From assembly GCA_965116475.1 (NCBI GenBank), contig OZ220691.1, forward strand, positions 384,001 through 448,000: DNA of 64,000 nt. The letters are read 5' to 3'. The position numbers were made by a program, and so were the translations under genes. Positions 40,141 through 49,007 of the stretch are shown in pieces. The notes below the pieces were generated by a model. It was not told where the DNA came from, made no database searches, and saw nothing but the letters and a program-made list of their open reading frames with translations. Origin of the DNA: Gemmatimonadota bacterium. GTDB lineage: Bacteria > Gemmatimonadota > Gemmatimonadetes > Palauibacterales > Palauibacteraceae. Positions within the stretch are counted from its first letter, which is position 1. Each line of letters begins with the position of its first letter.

Positions 40141-43100
40141 TCAGCCCTCCCGGGAAGTTGTCAATCCCCTGCTGCCTTGCAGATTCTTAGGCAGCTGTCC
40201 GAACCGAGTGCGAGTGTATTGGCGCGTGTCCTCAGACGACAGTTTCACGGTTCCTGGGCCGCTGCGGACGAAGAAGTCCCCATCTTCGGTGTTGTCGAAT
40301 CCCTTCCACCGGAGGTAGACGGGCTCAGGGCTTCGTTGGCAGCTCACGACGCAGACCGAGCCGCCGTCCAGGATCTGAGTTCTTGGATCGATGCATGTCC
40401 CGGCGCGGTCGCCCAGTGCGTTTCGCACGATCTGGGTTAGATGGAGCATGAACTTGTCGTCGGTGTCGAAGCCGTCCCGCTCGATGCCGACGACTGATCC
40501 ATCGTCGGCGACGCCGAGGAGGAGGTCGCCGCCTTCCGTGTTCTGGAAGGCCGCGATTGTCTTCAGGGCGGCGTGGGTTATGCGGTTGTCCTTGCGGTCC
40601 TCCTTGAGGTTCCAGCGTAACGTGGACTTGAATTCCAGCGTCTTCGACTCGCCACGCTTGATCAGTTCCTCGGCGTTCCGGTGGCCGCGCAGGTACTGGT
40701 CGAAGAGGAGCGTCTTCACGAGTTCGCCGAACGCGCGGTCGTCGGTGATGCGCTTGTAGAGGTCGAAGTTCGAGTCGACGATGCCCTGGATCACCTCCTC
40801 GACCTTGTGATCGAAGGTGAGGCGCACGTTCTCGCGGGTGTTCACGCGGGCGGCCGCGGCGAGCGCCGTGTCGTCCTCGAGCTTGTCCATCATCTGGTTG
40901 AGGGTCACGCGGTGTTCCGGCCCGAGGTTTAGGCCGAAGCGATCGTTCAGCTCCGCGATGATCCGTGAGAGGGCCTCGATCTCCTCCTGCGCCACTCCCG
41001 GTTGTAGGCCGGTCTTACGGGGTTCGATGGTGCCGGAGCCCCGTGACAGCTCGATTCCCCCCTTCCCCGTCTGCTGGATCCGGTACGACTCCATGTCGAT
41101 CTTCTGCTGTACTTCCCGCGGGAGTTCGTTCCCGTCCGCCGGGAGGAGTTGCCGGAGGTAGCGGGTGAAGACGTGCAGCTTCTCGAGGTCCGCGTCCTTG
41201 AAGGTCAGGATCTGCGCCAGGAACGAGTAGAGGCGCGTGTACTTCCGCAGCCCGCCGCGGAACTCCGAGCGCGCGTCGGGTTCCAGATCGCGGAAACGCC
41301 CCACGGGGTCGGCGAGCGCGGCGTACAACTGATCCTGCGTAGCGTCGCTCCCGAAGTAGACCCGCGCGAAGGCGTCCACCTCCGCCTCGGTGTATACGTG
41401 GAAGCCGAGAAGCTCGCCTTGGAGATCGTAGAGGAGGTTCGGATCCGTCGCCTCTGAGAGGATCGTCGTCTCGTAGTACGGTTCGAACGCCTCGCGGATG
41501 TGGTCGGCTTCGTTGGCGAAATCGAGGACGGCCGTCTCGTCCTTGCCGGGATGAGTCCGGTTCAGGCGCGAGAGAGTCTGCACCGCGTTCACGCCGCCCA
41601 GCTTCTTGTCGACGTACATGGTGTGGAGGAGGGGCTGGTCGAACCCCGTCTGGAACTTGCTCGCCACGACCAGGAACCGGTACTCGGGCTTGGCGAATTC
41701 GGCCGCCGTCTGCTGCTCTCCGATCAGGTGCGGTCCCCCGGCCGAGTTCATGCCGGGTTCGGTGTATTCTTTCCCCTCGTCGTTCACCTTCCCGGAGAAG
41801 GCGACCAGGCACTTCCAGGGATACCTCTTCTCCTCCAGGTAGGCGTCCACGGCGAGCTTGTAGCGCACGGCGTGGAGGCGGGAGCGGGTGACGATCATGG
41901 CCTTGGCCCTGCCGCCGATCCTGTCCTGCACCTGCTCGGCGAAGTGCTCGACCATGATCCGCACCTTCCGCCCGATCGCGTGCGGGTGCAGTTCCACGAA
42001 GGACTTGAGCAGGTATGCAGCCTTGCCCTTCTCGTACCTCGGGTCGTCCTCGATCGTCTTGAAGAGCCGCCAGTAGGCCGAGTACGTCGTGTAGTTGGCG
42101 AGGACGTCGAGGATGAAGCCCTCCTCGATTGCCTGCCGCATGCTGTACAGGTGGAACGGCTCGAACCCGCCATCGGCCTGCCTGACGCCGAACAACTCAA
42201 GCGTCTTCGCCTTGGGCGTCGCCGTGAACGCGAAGGTGGAGAGGTTCGGCAGGGGGCCGCGTTTCTCCATCTCGGCGAGGACGGCCTCCTCCAGTTCCTC
42301 TTCCGGCGTCGCGGCTTTGGCTTCCTCCTCCTCGGCGGCAGAGAGGCTTCCAGCGGCGAGTACGGCCTTGAGGCTCTTCGAACTCTCGCCGGACTGGGAG
42401 GAGTGAGCCTCGTCGACGATCACCGCAAACCGCTGCCCGGGAAGCGATCCGATCTGCTCAGCGATCACCGGGAACTTCTGGAGCGTCGTGACGATGATCC
42501 GCTTGCCGGATTCCAGCGCCTCGCGGAGCTGCTTCGAATCCTTGTCGATCTTCTCGACCACCCCGAGCGTCTGCTCGAACTGGGTGATGGCGCGCTGAAG
42601 CTGGCGGTCCAGCACACGGCGGTCGGTGACGACGACGATGGAGTCGAACACCGAGCGATCATCGGCATCGTGGAGCGTGGAGAGCTGGTGCGCGAGCCAG
42701 GCGATCGTGTAGCTCTTGCCGCTCCCGGCCGAGTGCTGGATGAGATAGCGCTCACCTGCCCCGTGGTTCCGGGCGTGAGACACCATGCGCCGTACCGCAT
42801 CGAGCTGCTGGTAGCGGGGGAAGATCAGGCGTTTCGTCTTCCGGCCCGCGTCGTCTTCTTCCTCCACCTCGTGGATGAACTGCCGGACGAGATCGAGAAC
42901 GCTGTCCCGGGCCCAGACTTCTTCCCAGAGGTAATCCGTGGAGTACCCGCTTTGGGTCGGGGAGACCGGAGGATTTCCGGCGCCGCCGAATCTGCCGCGG
43001 TTGAAGGGCAGGAACCGCGTCTTCGCTCCTTCGAGTCGCGTGGTGACATACACTAGCTCCGGATCCACCGCGAAGTGCGCGAGGCAGCGTCCGTGCGCGA

Positions 43101-43725
43101 GGAGCGGTTCGCGAGGATCGCGATCATGCCGGTACTGGCGGATCGCATCTTCGACGTTCTGCCCGGTGAACGGATTCTTGAGTTCGACCGTGAAGAACGG
43201 GATGCCGTTCAGGAACAGCACCAGGTCGAGGCTCTGTTCCGTCTTGCTGCTGTAGCGGAGCTGGCGGACCACGGAGGAGATGTTCGCCGCGTGGAGGCGC
43301 CGCGTCTCCTCGTTGAGGCCGCTGGCGGGGCGGAAATAGGCCAATTGGAACTTGCACCCCGAGTCCTTGATGCCTTTGCGGAACACGTCGAGGGCACCGC
43401 GCCGCTCAAGCTCCTTCGATAATCTCCTCAGGAATCGATCCCGAACTTCGGCTCCATGATGCTCTTTCAGCTGCGCCCAGGTGCGCGGTTGAGTGGCGAC
43501 GAGGAAGTCGATGACATCTTGCGGTAGGAGACCTAGGCCACGGTCGTAGTCGGCCTCTGAACCCCGGCGGCGGTAGCCGACGGGCGCGAAGCCATCGCCG
43601 TACGGGACCGACAGGGCCTCGTGGACGGCGCCGCCGCTCTCAGCACGTGCACCAAGGCCCCCGCAAAGCAAAGCGGACTCGATCGCATCCTCGAGCGCTC
43701 GCTCGGAGATGTCCACAGCTGTCAT
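40141..43725 (-). CDS. hsdR: Type I restriction endonuclease subunit R with C-terminal AlbA_2 (Schlafen) domain
   Basis: DLVLFLNG...ELKN nuclease motif, HSAGSGKS, DEAHSSQ, FTATPK, QTGFDQP; C-terminal GESKTLEFKST...IAAFQNTEGGDLLLGVADDG. Confidence 0.93.
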   Translation of the reverse strand: MTAVDISERALEDAIESALLCGGLGARAESGGAVHEALSVPYGDGFAPVGYRRRGSEADYDRGLGLLPQDVIDFLVATQPRTWAQLKEHHGAEVRDRFLRRLSKELERRGALDVFRKGIKDSGCKFQLAYFRPASGLNEETRRLHAANISSVVRQLRYSSKTEQSLDLVLFLNGIPFFTVELKNPFTGQNVEDAIRQYRHDRDPREPLLAHGRCLAHFAVDPELVYVTTRLEGAKTRFLPFNRGRFGGAGNPPVSPTQSGYSTDYLWEEVWARDSVLDLVRQFIHEVEEEDDAGRKTKRLIFPRYQQLDAVRRMVSHARNHGAGERYLIQHSAGSGKSYTIAWLAHQLSTLHDADDRSVFDSIVVVTDRRVLDRQLQRAITQFEQTLGVVEKIDKDSKQLREALESGKRIIVTTLQKFPVIAEQIGSLPGQRFAVIVDEAHSSQSGESSKSLKAVLAAGSLSAAEEEEAKAATPEEELEEAVLAEMEKRGPLPNLSTFAFTATPKAKTLELFGVRQADGGFEPFHLYSMRQAIEEGFILDVLANYTTYSAYWRLFKTIEDDPRYEKGKAAYLLKSFVELHPHAIGRKVRIMVEHFAEQVQDRIGGRAKAMIVTRSRLHAVRYKLAVDAYLEEKRYPWKCLVAFSGKVNDEGKEYTEPGMNSAGGPHLIGEQQTAAEFAKPEYRFLVVASKFQTGFDQPLLHTMYVDKKLGGVNAVQTLSRLNRTHPGKDETAVLDFANEADHIREAFEPYYETTILSEATDPNLLYDLQGELLGFHVYTEAEVDAFARVYFGSDATQDQLYAALADPVGRFRDLEPDARSEFRGGLRKYTRLYSFLAQILTFKDADLEKLHVFTRYLRQLLPADGNELPREVQQKIDMESYRIQQTGKGGIELSRGSGTIEPRKTGLQPGVAQEEIEALSRIIAELNDRFGLNLGPEHRVTLNQMMDKLEDDTALAAAARVNTRENVRLTFDHKVEEVIQGIVDSNFDLYKRITDDRAFGELVKTLLFDQYLRGHRNAEELIKRGESKTLEFKSTLRWNLKEDRKDNRITHAALKTIAAFQNTEGGDLLLGVADDGSVVGIERDGFDTDDKFMLHLTQIVRNALGDRAGTCIDPRTQILDGGSVCVVSCQRSPEPVYLRWKGFDNTEDGDFFVRSGPGTVKLSSEDTRQYTRTRFGQLPKNLQGSRGLTTSREG

Positions 43726-43728
43726 CTC

Positions 43729-45039
43729 TCAGCCGTCGTGTATGCCACGCGCCTCCGCGCCTTCCCAGCGGTTCCTCACATCTATCCCTCCGGTGACCGC
43801 AGCTGAGATAAGCGCCGCCCGGTACTCATCCAAACGCCGGACAACGCTCTTCGTCTTCGCGATAGCTGCGTCAAGCCTCGCGCTTTCGCGCTCCACGTGC
43901 ACAAGAATCGCATCTTGCTCGGCAAGCGGCGGTACGACAACCGGAAAATTCTGCAACATCGGAAGCCGCAGGGAGTCAACCGTCGACTTGGCAGTGCCCC
44001 GCATGGTCTCGAACCGTAGCGATGCCCCGAAGTAGTGATAGAAGAACTTCCCGACAACTTCTTCGAAGCCGCTGAACTTGTATACGCGCTGATGGAAATC
44101 AAATTTTCCGTTCACGTAGTGAAATACTTTGGCGACGCCAACGCCATCGCCCGCCGTCAGCACGGCTTCGCCATCAAACGACCAAGTGTCTATTCGTTCC
44201 ACGGTCGGCGAGCGAACAAAAAACGGGTATTCCCCTCCTTCTTGTCGATCTACTGTGTCGCGCCCACCCGTCGTGATGTTCGCCAGCGTCCTAAGTCGCT
44301 GCAGCCCCCAATGCGCCGGAATCTCACCCAGCCACTCAACGCCGGACTCCTTCATCGGTACGTTCGGGTCGAGGCCGAGGGTGACGGCACGGGTGATGAG
44401 GGCAGTGCGTTTCTCTTGCAGCAAGTCGATGAGTCGCTCCTGCCTCGCGAGCAGTTCGTCGATCTTGGCAGTTTCGCGGTCCAAGAAATCAAGGATGACT
44501 TCCTGTTCGGTTCGCGGAGGGATTGCCAACGGTAGGGCAAGCCAGCGATCCGTGGGCAAGCGTCGACTACCGTGGCCCGCCACATCCACGAGTGACAAGA
44601 GGGCCTCCTGTGTTGCCGCCAGGGCTCGGCCCAAGAACCGCTCGTTGACTCCGCGTAGCGGTCGCAACGCTTTCATGTCCTGATTGATGGTGACCCGACA
44701 TGTGGTCCAAGCGACCGGAACGGCCTTGGCCAAGATCATGCCGCGGACGACCATGAGTACCGCTCCGCTGTCCACAACTGTGAGCGATGTCTCGTGGACG
44801 GCGGCTTCCGTCACCCGGATGGCCGAGTCATCGATGGCTTCGACCTTCATGTCCTTGGGCGTAACCCAAGGGATAGAGCCATTCCAATACGCCTCAACTG
44901 CCATGCTTGGGGTCATGCCGCCGGTGACTGCCACGCATCGCTTTAGCTTCTTTACGTTCCAATGTGCCGGGATCTCCCCCAACCACTCGACGCCGGAGTC
45001 CTTGTATTCCGGATACGGCCGGGGAGTACGGTTCGCCAC
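43729..45039 (-). CDS. hsdS: Type I R-M specificity subunit
   Basis: YPEYKDSGVEWLGEIPAHW and MKESGVEWLGEIPAHW conserved regions, PPLAEQ, LISAAVTG; GTG start 1 nt after the abiEi stop. Confidence 0.92.
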   Translation of the reverse strand: MANRTPRPYPEYKDSGVEWLGEIPAHWNVKKLKRCVAVTGGMTPSMAVEAYWNGSIPWVTPKDMKVEAIDDSAIRVTEAAVHETSLTVVDSGAVLMVVRGMILAKAVPVAWTTCRVTINQDMKALRPLRGVNERFLGRALAATQEALLSLVDVAGHGSRRLPTDRWLALPLAIPPRTEQEVILDFLDRETAKIDELLARQERLIDLLQEKRTALITRAVTLGLDPNVPMKESGVEWLGEIPAHWGLQRLRTLANITTGGRDTVDRQEGGEYPFFVRSPTVERIDTWSFDGEAVLTAGDGVGVAKVFHYVNGKFDFHQRVYKFSGFEEVVGKFFYHYFGASLRFETMRGTAKSTVDSLRLPMLQNFPVVVPPLAEQDAILVHVERESARLDAAIAKTKSVVRRLDEYRAALISAAVTGGIDVRNRWEGAEARGIHDG

Positions 45040-45040
45040 G

Positions 45041-45652
45041 TCAGCGGGCGCGGTCGTAGAGCAGCGGTTCCACCAAGTAGCGCGCACGGCAGGCCTCTGC
45101 GGCGCGCCAAATCTCATCCGGCGTCGCTTTGCGTTCAAGCAGGACGTCGTCGAAGGCCTCCAGGGCGGCCTCGAGACCCACGCGGCGCCTGAAACGGAAG
45201 CAGTCCACTACCGTGCGCGCCGGCGTTGTGATCTTGGCGGGCACGCCCTCAAACTCCGTGTCCACCACGCCGTACCGGAGAGATGGGCCGGAGAATCGCG
45301 TCACATGGAGCTTGACCGAGTCCATGCTGGGCGCCCGCTCGCCGTGTGGGACGGCGATCCAGACGCCGTATCCGAGTTGCGTGCCGATGTCGTGAACCGT
45401 CAGGGCCGTGATGAGGGAGACGATCGCGTGCGGCGCCCGCGCGCAGACGGCCGCCACGCTGTGGTGTTGTGTGATGTCCGCATCCGTCCGCCAGTAGAGC
45501 CCCCACCCTTCGCGCTCAACCAGCCCCGCCGCCTCCATGCGCCGTAGATTGTCATACGACACCCCGGCCGCCTCCGCGTCCTGGGGACGGAAAAAGGCGG
45601 GGAGACCGGCATCGCGCAGGCGCTGGGCGTTGGTGGTCGTTGTGCGAAACAA
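45041..45652 (-). CDS. abiEi: Type IV TA antitoxin AbiEi family (copy 1, orphan)
   Basis: wHTH with GLVEREGWGLY, SLITAL..HDI.TQ, TTPARTVVDCFRFR; TTG start inferred from alignment with copy 2. Confidence 0.85.
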   Translation of the reverse strand: MFRTTTTNAQRLRDAGLPAFFRPQDAEAAGVSYDNLRRMEAAGLVEREGWGLYWRTDADITQHHSVAAVCARAPHAIVSLITALTVHDIGTQLGYGVWIAVPHGERAPSMDSVKLHVTRFSGPSLRYGVVDTEFEGVPAKITTPARTVVDCFRFRRRVGLEAALEAFDDVLLERKATPDEIWRAAEACRARYLVEPLLYDRAR

Positions 45653-45676
45653 ACGTTCACGCTGTTTGCATAAAAC

Positions 45677-45729
45677 GTCACATCTACAAGCAGATGTGAC
45701 ATTTTTCTGCATGAACCCGAGCCTGTCAA
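45677..45729 (-). promoter_or_regulatory. sigma70 promoter + inverted-repeat operator of abiEi copy 1
   Basis: TTGACA (45729-45724) N17 AAAAAT; IR GTCACATCT-N6-AGATGTGAC at 45677-45700. Confidence 0.65.
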
Positions 45730-45784
45730 GAGGCGCACGTAAGCCCCGTACTCTGAGTGCCGCCACCCCCAACCCTCAACCACT

Positions 45785-47896
45785 TCAGGGCCGTAGGGCC
45801 GAAAGGCAGCAGAACTTCAGCTTCTCACCTGACCCGCAGGGGCACGGGTCGTAGGGATTCCACCTGCCTACCCTCCGAAGCTCATCCAGCCGAGCGCGGC
45901 TTTTCCTCCGCCAGCCAGCCATTCGTTCGTCGCCGTTTCGAAGATCACCCCATACGGCAGGTCGCAGAATCGGACCAGAGATTCGTGGCATGAACAGCCC
46001 TGAGAGTTCATCATGAGCCTGCTGTAGCACGGCTGCTGGGATCGCTTCACGCAGTCCGGCGTTGACGGCTGCGACCGTTTGGCCGCCTTCGTTCGTAGCT
46101 AGTCGCGCCGCCAACTCGCGGCGAAAGCTGTGCCCGCCATTCGACTCCCTGAAGCGCAACACGCCGCCAAGAAGCGCTGGCTGATGTTCGATCACCGCGC
46201 CCAGATCCGAATTGAATCGCCCGGTCAAGGCGTAGCTTGCCGCCTGATCCGCCCACGCGCGACCGCTTGAAGCGGCGAAAGCCACGCTCGCCAGCGTCTC
46301 ACTGCCCAGCAGCATTCGCGTGGCGGTGGCCCCGACGTGCTGACAAATCACTCCTTGTCGTATCACTCCTGCAAGACGGATTACAGGGTAGGCCAGCCAC
46401 CGCGGAACGGCGTCCAACGGTGTTCCGCCACTCATGCCTAAGAGCCGACGAACGGATGGATTAACCAACAGACTACGCGTCATCTGTTCCAACTCATCGC
46501 TCGTCATGGCCTGCGTCAGATCTATGCTCGCCGACGCGAGCCTCTCCATCTGCCTCGCGGCTCCATCCTCCTTGCCAGGTACCGCGGTCAACTGCCGGCC
46601 GATTCTCTCCGCGATCGTTCGCTCCTTGAACGACTCTGCTGTGCTGGACTCGCCCCCCACCGCGAATGCCTTTATCTCTCCGGTCAGTGCACCGGGCTCC
46701 GGGAACATCACAAGCGGTTCGTGCGGCGGTGCAATCAGTCGTATCGCCTCCGCCTCAACGAACCTCCAAAACCAGGACGATCCGAGCAGATTGTGCAACC
46801 GTCCCAAATGATCGATGGAAAGGCACGTAACGTCGAAGCAGATGAGTCCAACGACCACATCGTGTAGGGCGGAATAGCCGTCAAGCACGACCTCGCCATC
46901 GACATACCCTTCGCCGACGAAGCACTCCTCCGTTCCCGCGCTGCTCTCGACAGTGATCACTTGCGAGGTCGTGTGTTTCCCCCACGGCAGCAAGGCTCCC
47001 ATGAAGTAGACGCTCTCCCGGCTCCGTTGCTCCTCACCGTTCCACGCAGTCGAGGTGGCCGAGCTCCGCAAGGCCTGCATGTTGGCAACGGCCTCGAGGC
47101 TCATGATTGCGCTGCGGTGGTCGGCCGGATCGACCCGATACCTGATGTGCTTCACGCCCTCCCGTGCCGGTGACGATCCTTCCGGCACCACCATGAAGTG
47201 GGGACCCGCGCCGAACAGCCGATGAGTTGATGCGCCGCGCCGCAGCGCTTCGATTACATGTTCGTCCCTAAGACCGTAGCCCAAGAATAGGACGCTGCAC
47301 TCCGCGAAGATCGAGTGGAGTGCGTCAACGAAACGCACGTCGTCCAGCACGGCGTCGTAGTCCCGCGCGGAGAACACCATCGTCTCCACGGCGCTGACCG
47401 ACCCATGCACCTTGCAGATGAAGGCCCTGCGTTCGCCCAGCAGCCGCGGCAACCGTTCGATATCGGACCTCTGGACCGTCTCCGGTCCCGGCAGGTGCCG
47501 CTCCAGCGACTCGTCTACGTTGGTCGTCAGGAGGTACGTCGGCCTGATCGTTCGAAGAGCACGCAACATTCGCTCGTAGACGGGGGTCGGTTGCCGGTAT
47601 GCGAAGGCGTCAGTGAGCAGAGAGAAATAGAGCGCCGAGTCGCTTGTCTTCATCTCCTCGAAGACCTTGGGATAGGCCCCTTCTGCCAAGAGCGAAGAAG
47701 CGGCCTCTTTGGTGTACGTGCCCACTTCCCTTGCGAATCGCCCGTGCATCTCGTCGGCTAGCTCCTCCCACAGCGGATAGCCCGCCCACTTGCTGGCCCC
47801 GGCCCCGAACCAAACCACCAACGGACGCGGGCGGCTCAGAATCAGCGATTCAAGAGCGCTTAGCGCCTGCTTCGTCTCCAGGTCGTCACTGAACAC
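45785..47896 (-). CDS. SIR2-like (SIR2_2) NADase domain protein with C-terminal SEC-C zinc motif
   Basis: WFGAGASKWAGYPLW, LLTTNVD, KVHGS, LFLGYGLRDEH; C-terminal DPCPCGSGEKLKFCC. Confidence 0.88.
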   Translation of the reverse strand: MFSDDLETKQALSALESLILSRPRPLVVWFGAGASKWAGYPLWEELADEMHGRFAREVGTYTKEAASSLLAEGAYPKVFEEMKTSDSALYFSLLTDAFAYRQPTPVYERMLRALRTIRPTYLLTTNVDESLERHLPGPETVQRSDIERLPRLLGERRAFICKVHGSVSAVETMVFSARDYDAVLDDVRFVDALHSIFAECSVLFLGYGLRDEHVIEALRRGASTHRLFGAGPHFMVVPEGSSPAREGVKHIRYRVDPADHRSAIMSLEAVANMQALRSSATSTAWNGEEQRSRESVYFMGALLPWGKHTTSQVITVESSAGTEECFVGEGYVDGEVVLDGYSALHDVVVGLICFDVTCLSIDHLGRLHNLLGSSWFWRFVEAEAIRLIAPPHEPLVMFPEPGALTGEIKAFAVGGESSTAESFKERTIAERIGRQLTAVPGKEDGAARQMERLASASIDLTQAMTSDELEQMTRSLLVNPSVRRLLGMSGGTPLDAVPRWLAYPVIRLAGVIRQGVICQHVGATATRMLLGSETLASVAFAASSGRAWADQAASYALTGRFNSDLGAVIEHQPALLGGVLRFRESNGGHSFRRELAARLATNEGGQTVAAVNAGLREAIPAAVLQQAHDELSGLFMPRISGPILRPAVWGDLRNGDERMAGWRRKSRARLDELRRVGRWNPYDPCPCGSGEKLKFCCLSALRP

Positions 47897-48003
47897 GATT
47901 GGCTCCCCTTGAAGTCAGTCTTCGGCGTCATCGTGGTTGCTGAAGGTATTGGATGGATGCACTCCCGCGGAGCGAGAACAACGCGCCTCGCACGCTCCCC
48001 GAA

Positions 48004-48255
48004 CTAGGGATCCAACGAACGACGGGGGTCCACATCCCGGGTTCCCCGGAACGTGTCGGCGCCCCGCACGACAAACAGGGTCGCACCCTTCAGCGTGAAT
48101 AGGTCGGACGCGGGCGACCGGCCCATCCGGTAAAGGAATCGCTCAGCCGCGTAGGACTGGAGGAGGAAGTTCAGTTGCGTCCCCTGGTCGCGCGCCACGT
48201 TCAGCGGGCGGGCATGGACTGACGCAAGGACGTTCGTGATCGGCCTGCGCCGCAT
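48004..48255 (-). pseudogene. abiEii: Truncated AbiEii nucleotidyltransferase toxin (83 aa)
   Basis: ASVHAR..N.A, ERFLYR, FTLKGA, R.TRDVD, then a stop; start overlaps the abiEi copy 2 stop. Confidence 0.82.
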
Positions 48256-48863
48256 CAGTACGCCCGCATCCTCAGGGCCGGCCCCAGAAGTGAACGGGCG
48301 CCGCACACGTCTGCGGCCCGCCAGATCTGATCGGGCGTTGCCTTGCCGTCGTCGAGCACCTCCTGCAGCGCTTCGAGAGCAGGTTCGAGTCCGATCTTGC
48401 TTCGGAACCGAAAGCAGTCCACCACGGTTCGCGCTGGCGTGGTGATCTTCGTGGGCACACCGTCGAATTCCGTGTCCACGACGCCATACGTGAGGGACGC
48501 CGCGCTGAAGCGCGTGATGCGAACCGGTAGCCTCTCAAGGGCCGGGGGCCGGGACTTGTGGGGGATCGCGATCCAGACCTGGTGCGGCTTCTGCGTGCCG
48601 ATGTCGTAGACTTCCAGCGCTGTGAGCAGGCAAACGACGGCCTGCCGCGCCCGCGCGCACACGGCCGCAATCGTGTGATGGCTCGTGACGTCGGCACGCG
48701 TTTGCCGGTAGAGGCCCCAACCTTCACGCTCGACTAGACCGAGGCCCTCCAGGCGCCGAAGCTCGTGGTAGCCGATTCCGGCCGCCTCCGCATCGCAAGG
48801 ACGGAAGAACGTACCGAGACCTGTCTCGGAGAGCCGCTCGTCGTTGAGGGATTCCTGAATCAT
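48255..48863 (-). CDS. abiEi: Type IV TA antitoxin AbiEi family (copy 2)
   Basis: Same motifs as copy 1 (LVEREGWGLY, KITTPARTVVDCFRFR). Confidence 0.88.
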   Translation of the reverse strand: MIQESLNDERLSETGLGTFFRPCDAEAAGIGYHELRRLEGLGLVEREGWGLYRQTRADVTSHHTIAAVCARARQAVVCLLTALEVYDIGTQKPHQVWIAIPHKSRPPALERLPVRITRFSAASLTYGVVDTEFDGVPTKITTPARTVVDCFRFRSKIGLEPALEALQEVLDDGKATPDQIWRAADVCGARSLLGPALRMRAY

Positions 48864-48889
48864 CGCGTACCCAAGCTTGTTCTATAAAC

Positions 48890-48944
48890 GTCGGCAATTG
48901 CAATTCAATGCCGACAATTTCTTGGCACACGAGCTTTGAGTCAA
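48890..48944 (-). promoter_or_regulatory. sigma70 promoter + inverted-repeat operator of abiEi copy 2
   Basis: TTGACT (48944-48939) N17 GAAATT; IR GTCGGCA-N12-TGCCGAC at 48890-48915. Confidence 0.6.
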
Positions 48945-48963
48945 GCGAGCGCAAGCCACGTTC

Positions 48964-48996
48964 GTCAACAGATCTGTTGCCAACAATTCTGTTGAC
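48964..48996. repeat. Nested palindrome array (CAACA/TGTTG)
   Basis: GTCAACAGA...TCTGTTGAC outer IR; perfect CAACAGATCTGTTG at 48966-48979. Confidence 0.7.
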
Positions 48997-49007
48997 AACG
49001 GTGCGGA

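Noticed and set aside
44300-45010. Direct repeat within hsdS (SGVEWLGEIPAHW twice) as a shufflon
   Set aside because: Normal conserved regions of a two-TRD HsdS; no invertase or spare TRDs.
43729-45138. Longer hsdS start at 45138 and longer abiEi start at 45772 from the ORF track
   Set aside because: These extensions overlap the abiEi coding region or its promoter/operator; the downstream GTG/TTG starts fit homolog lengths better.
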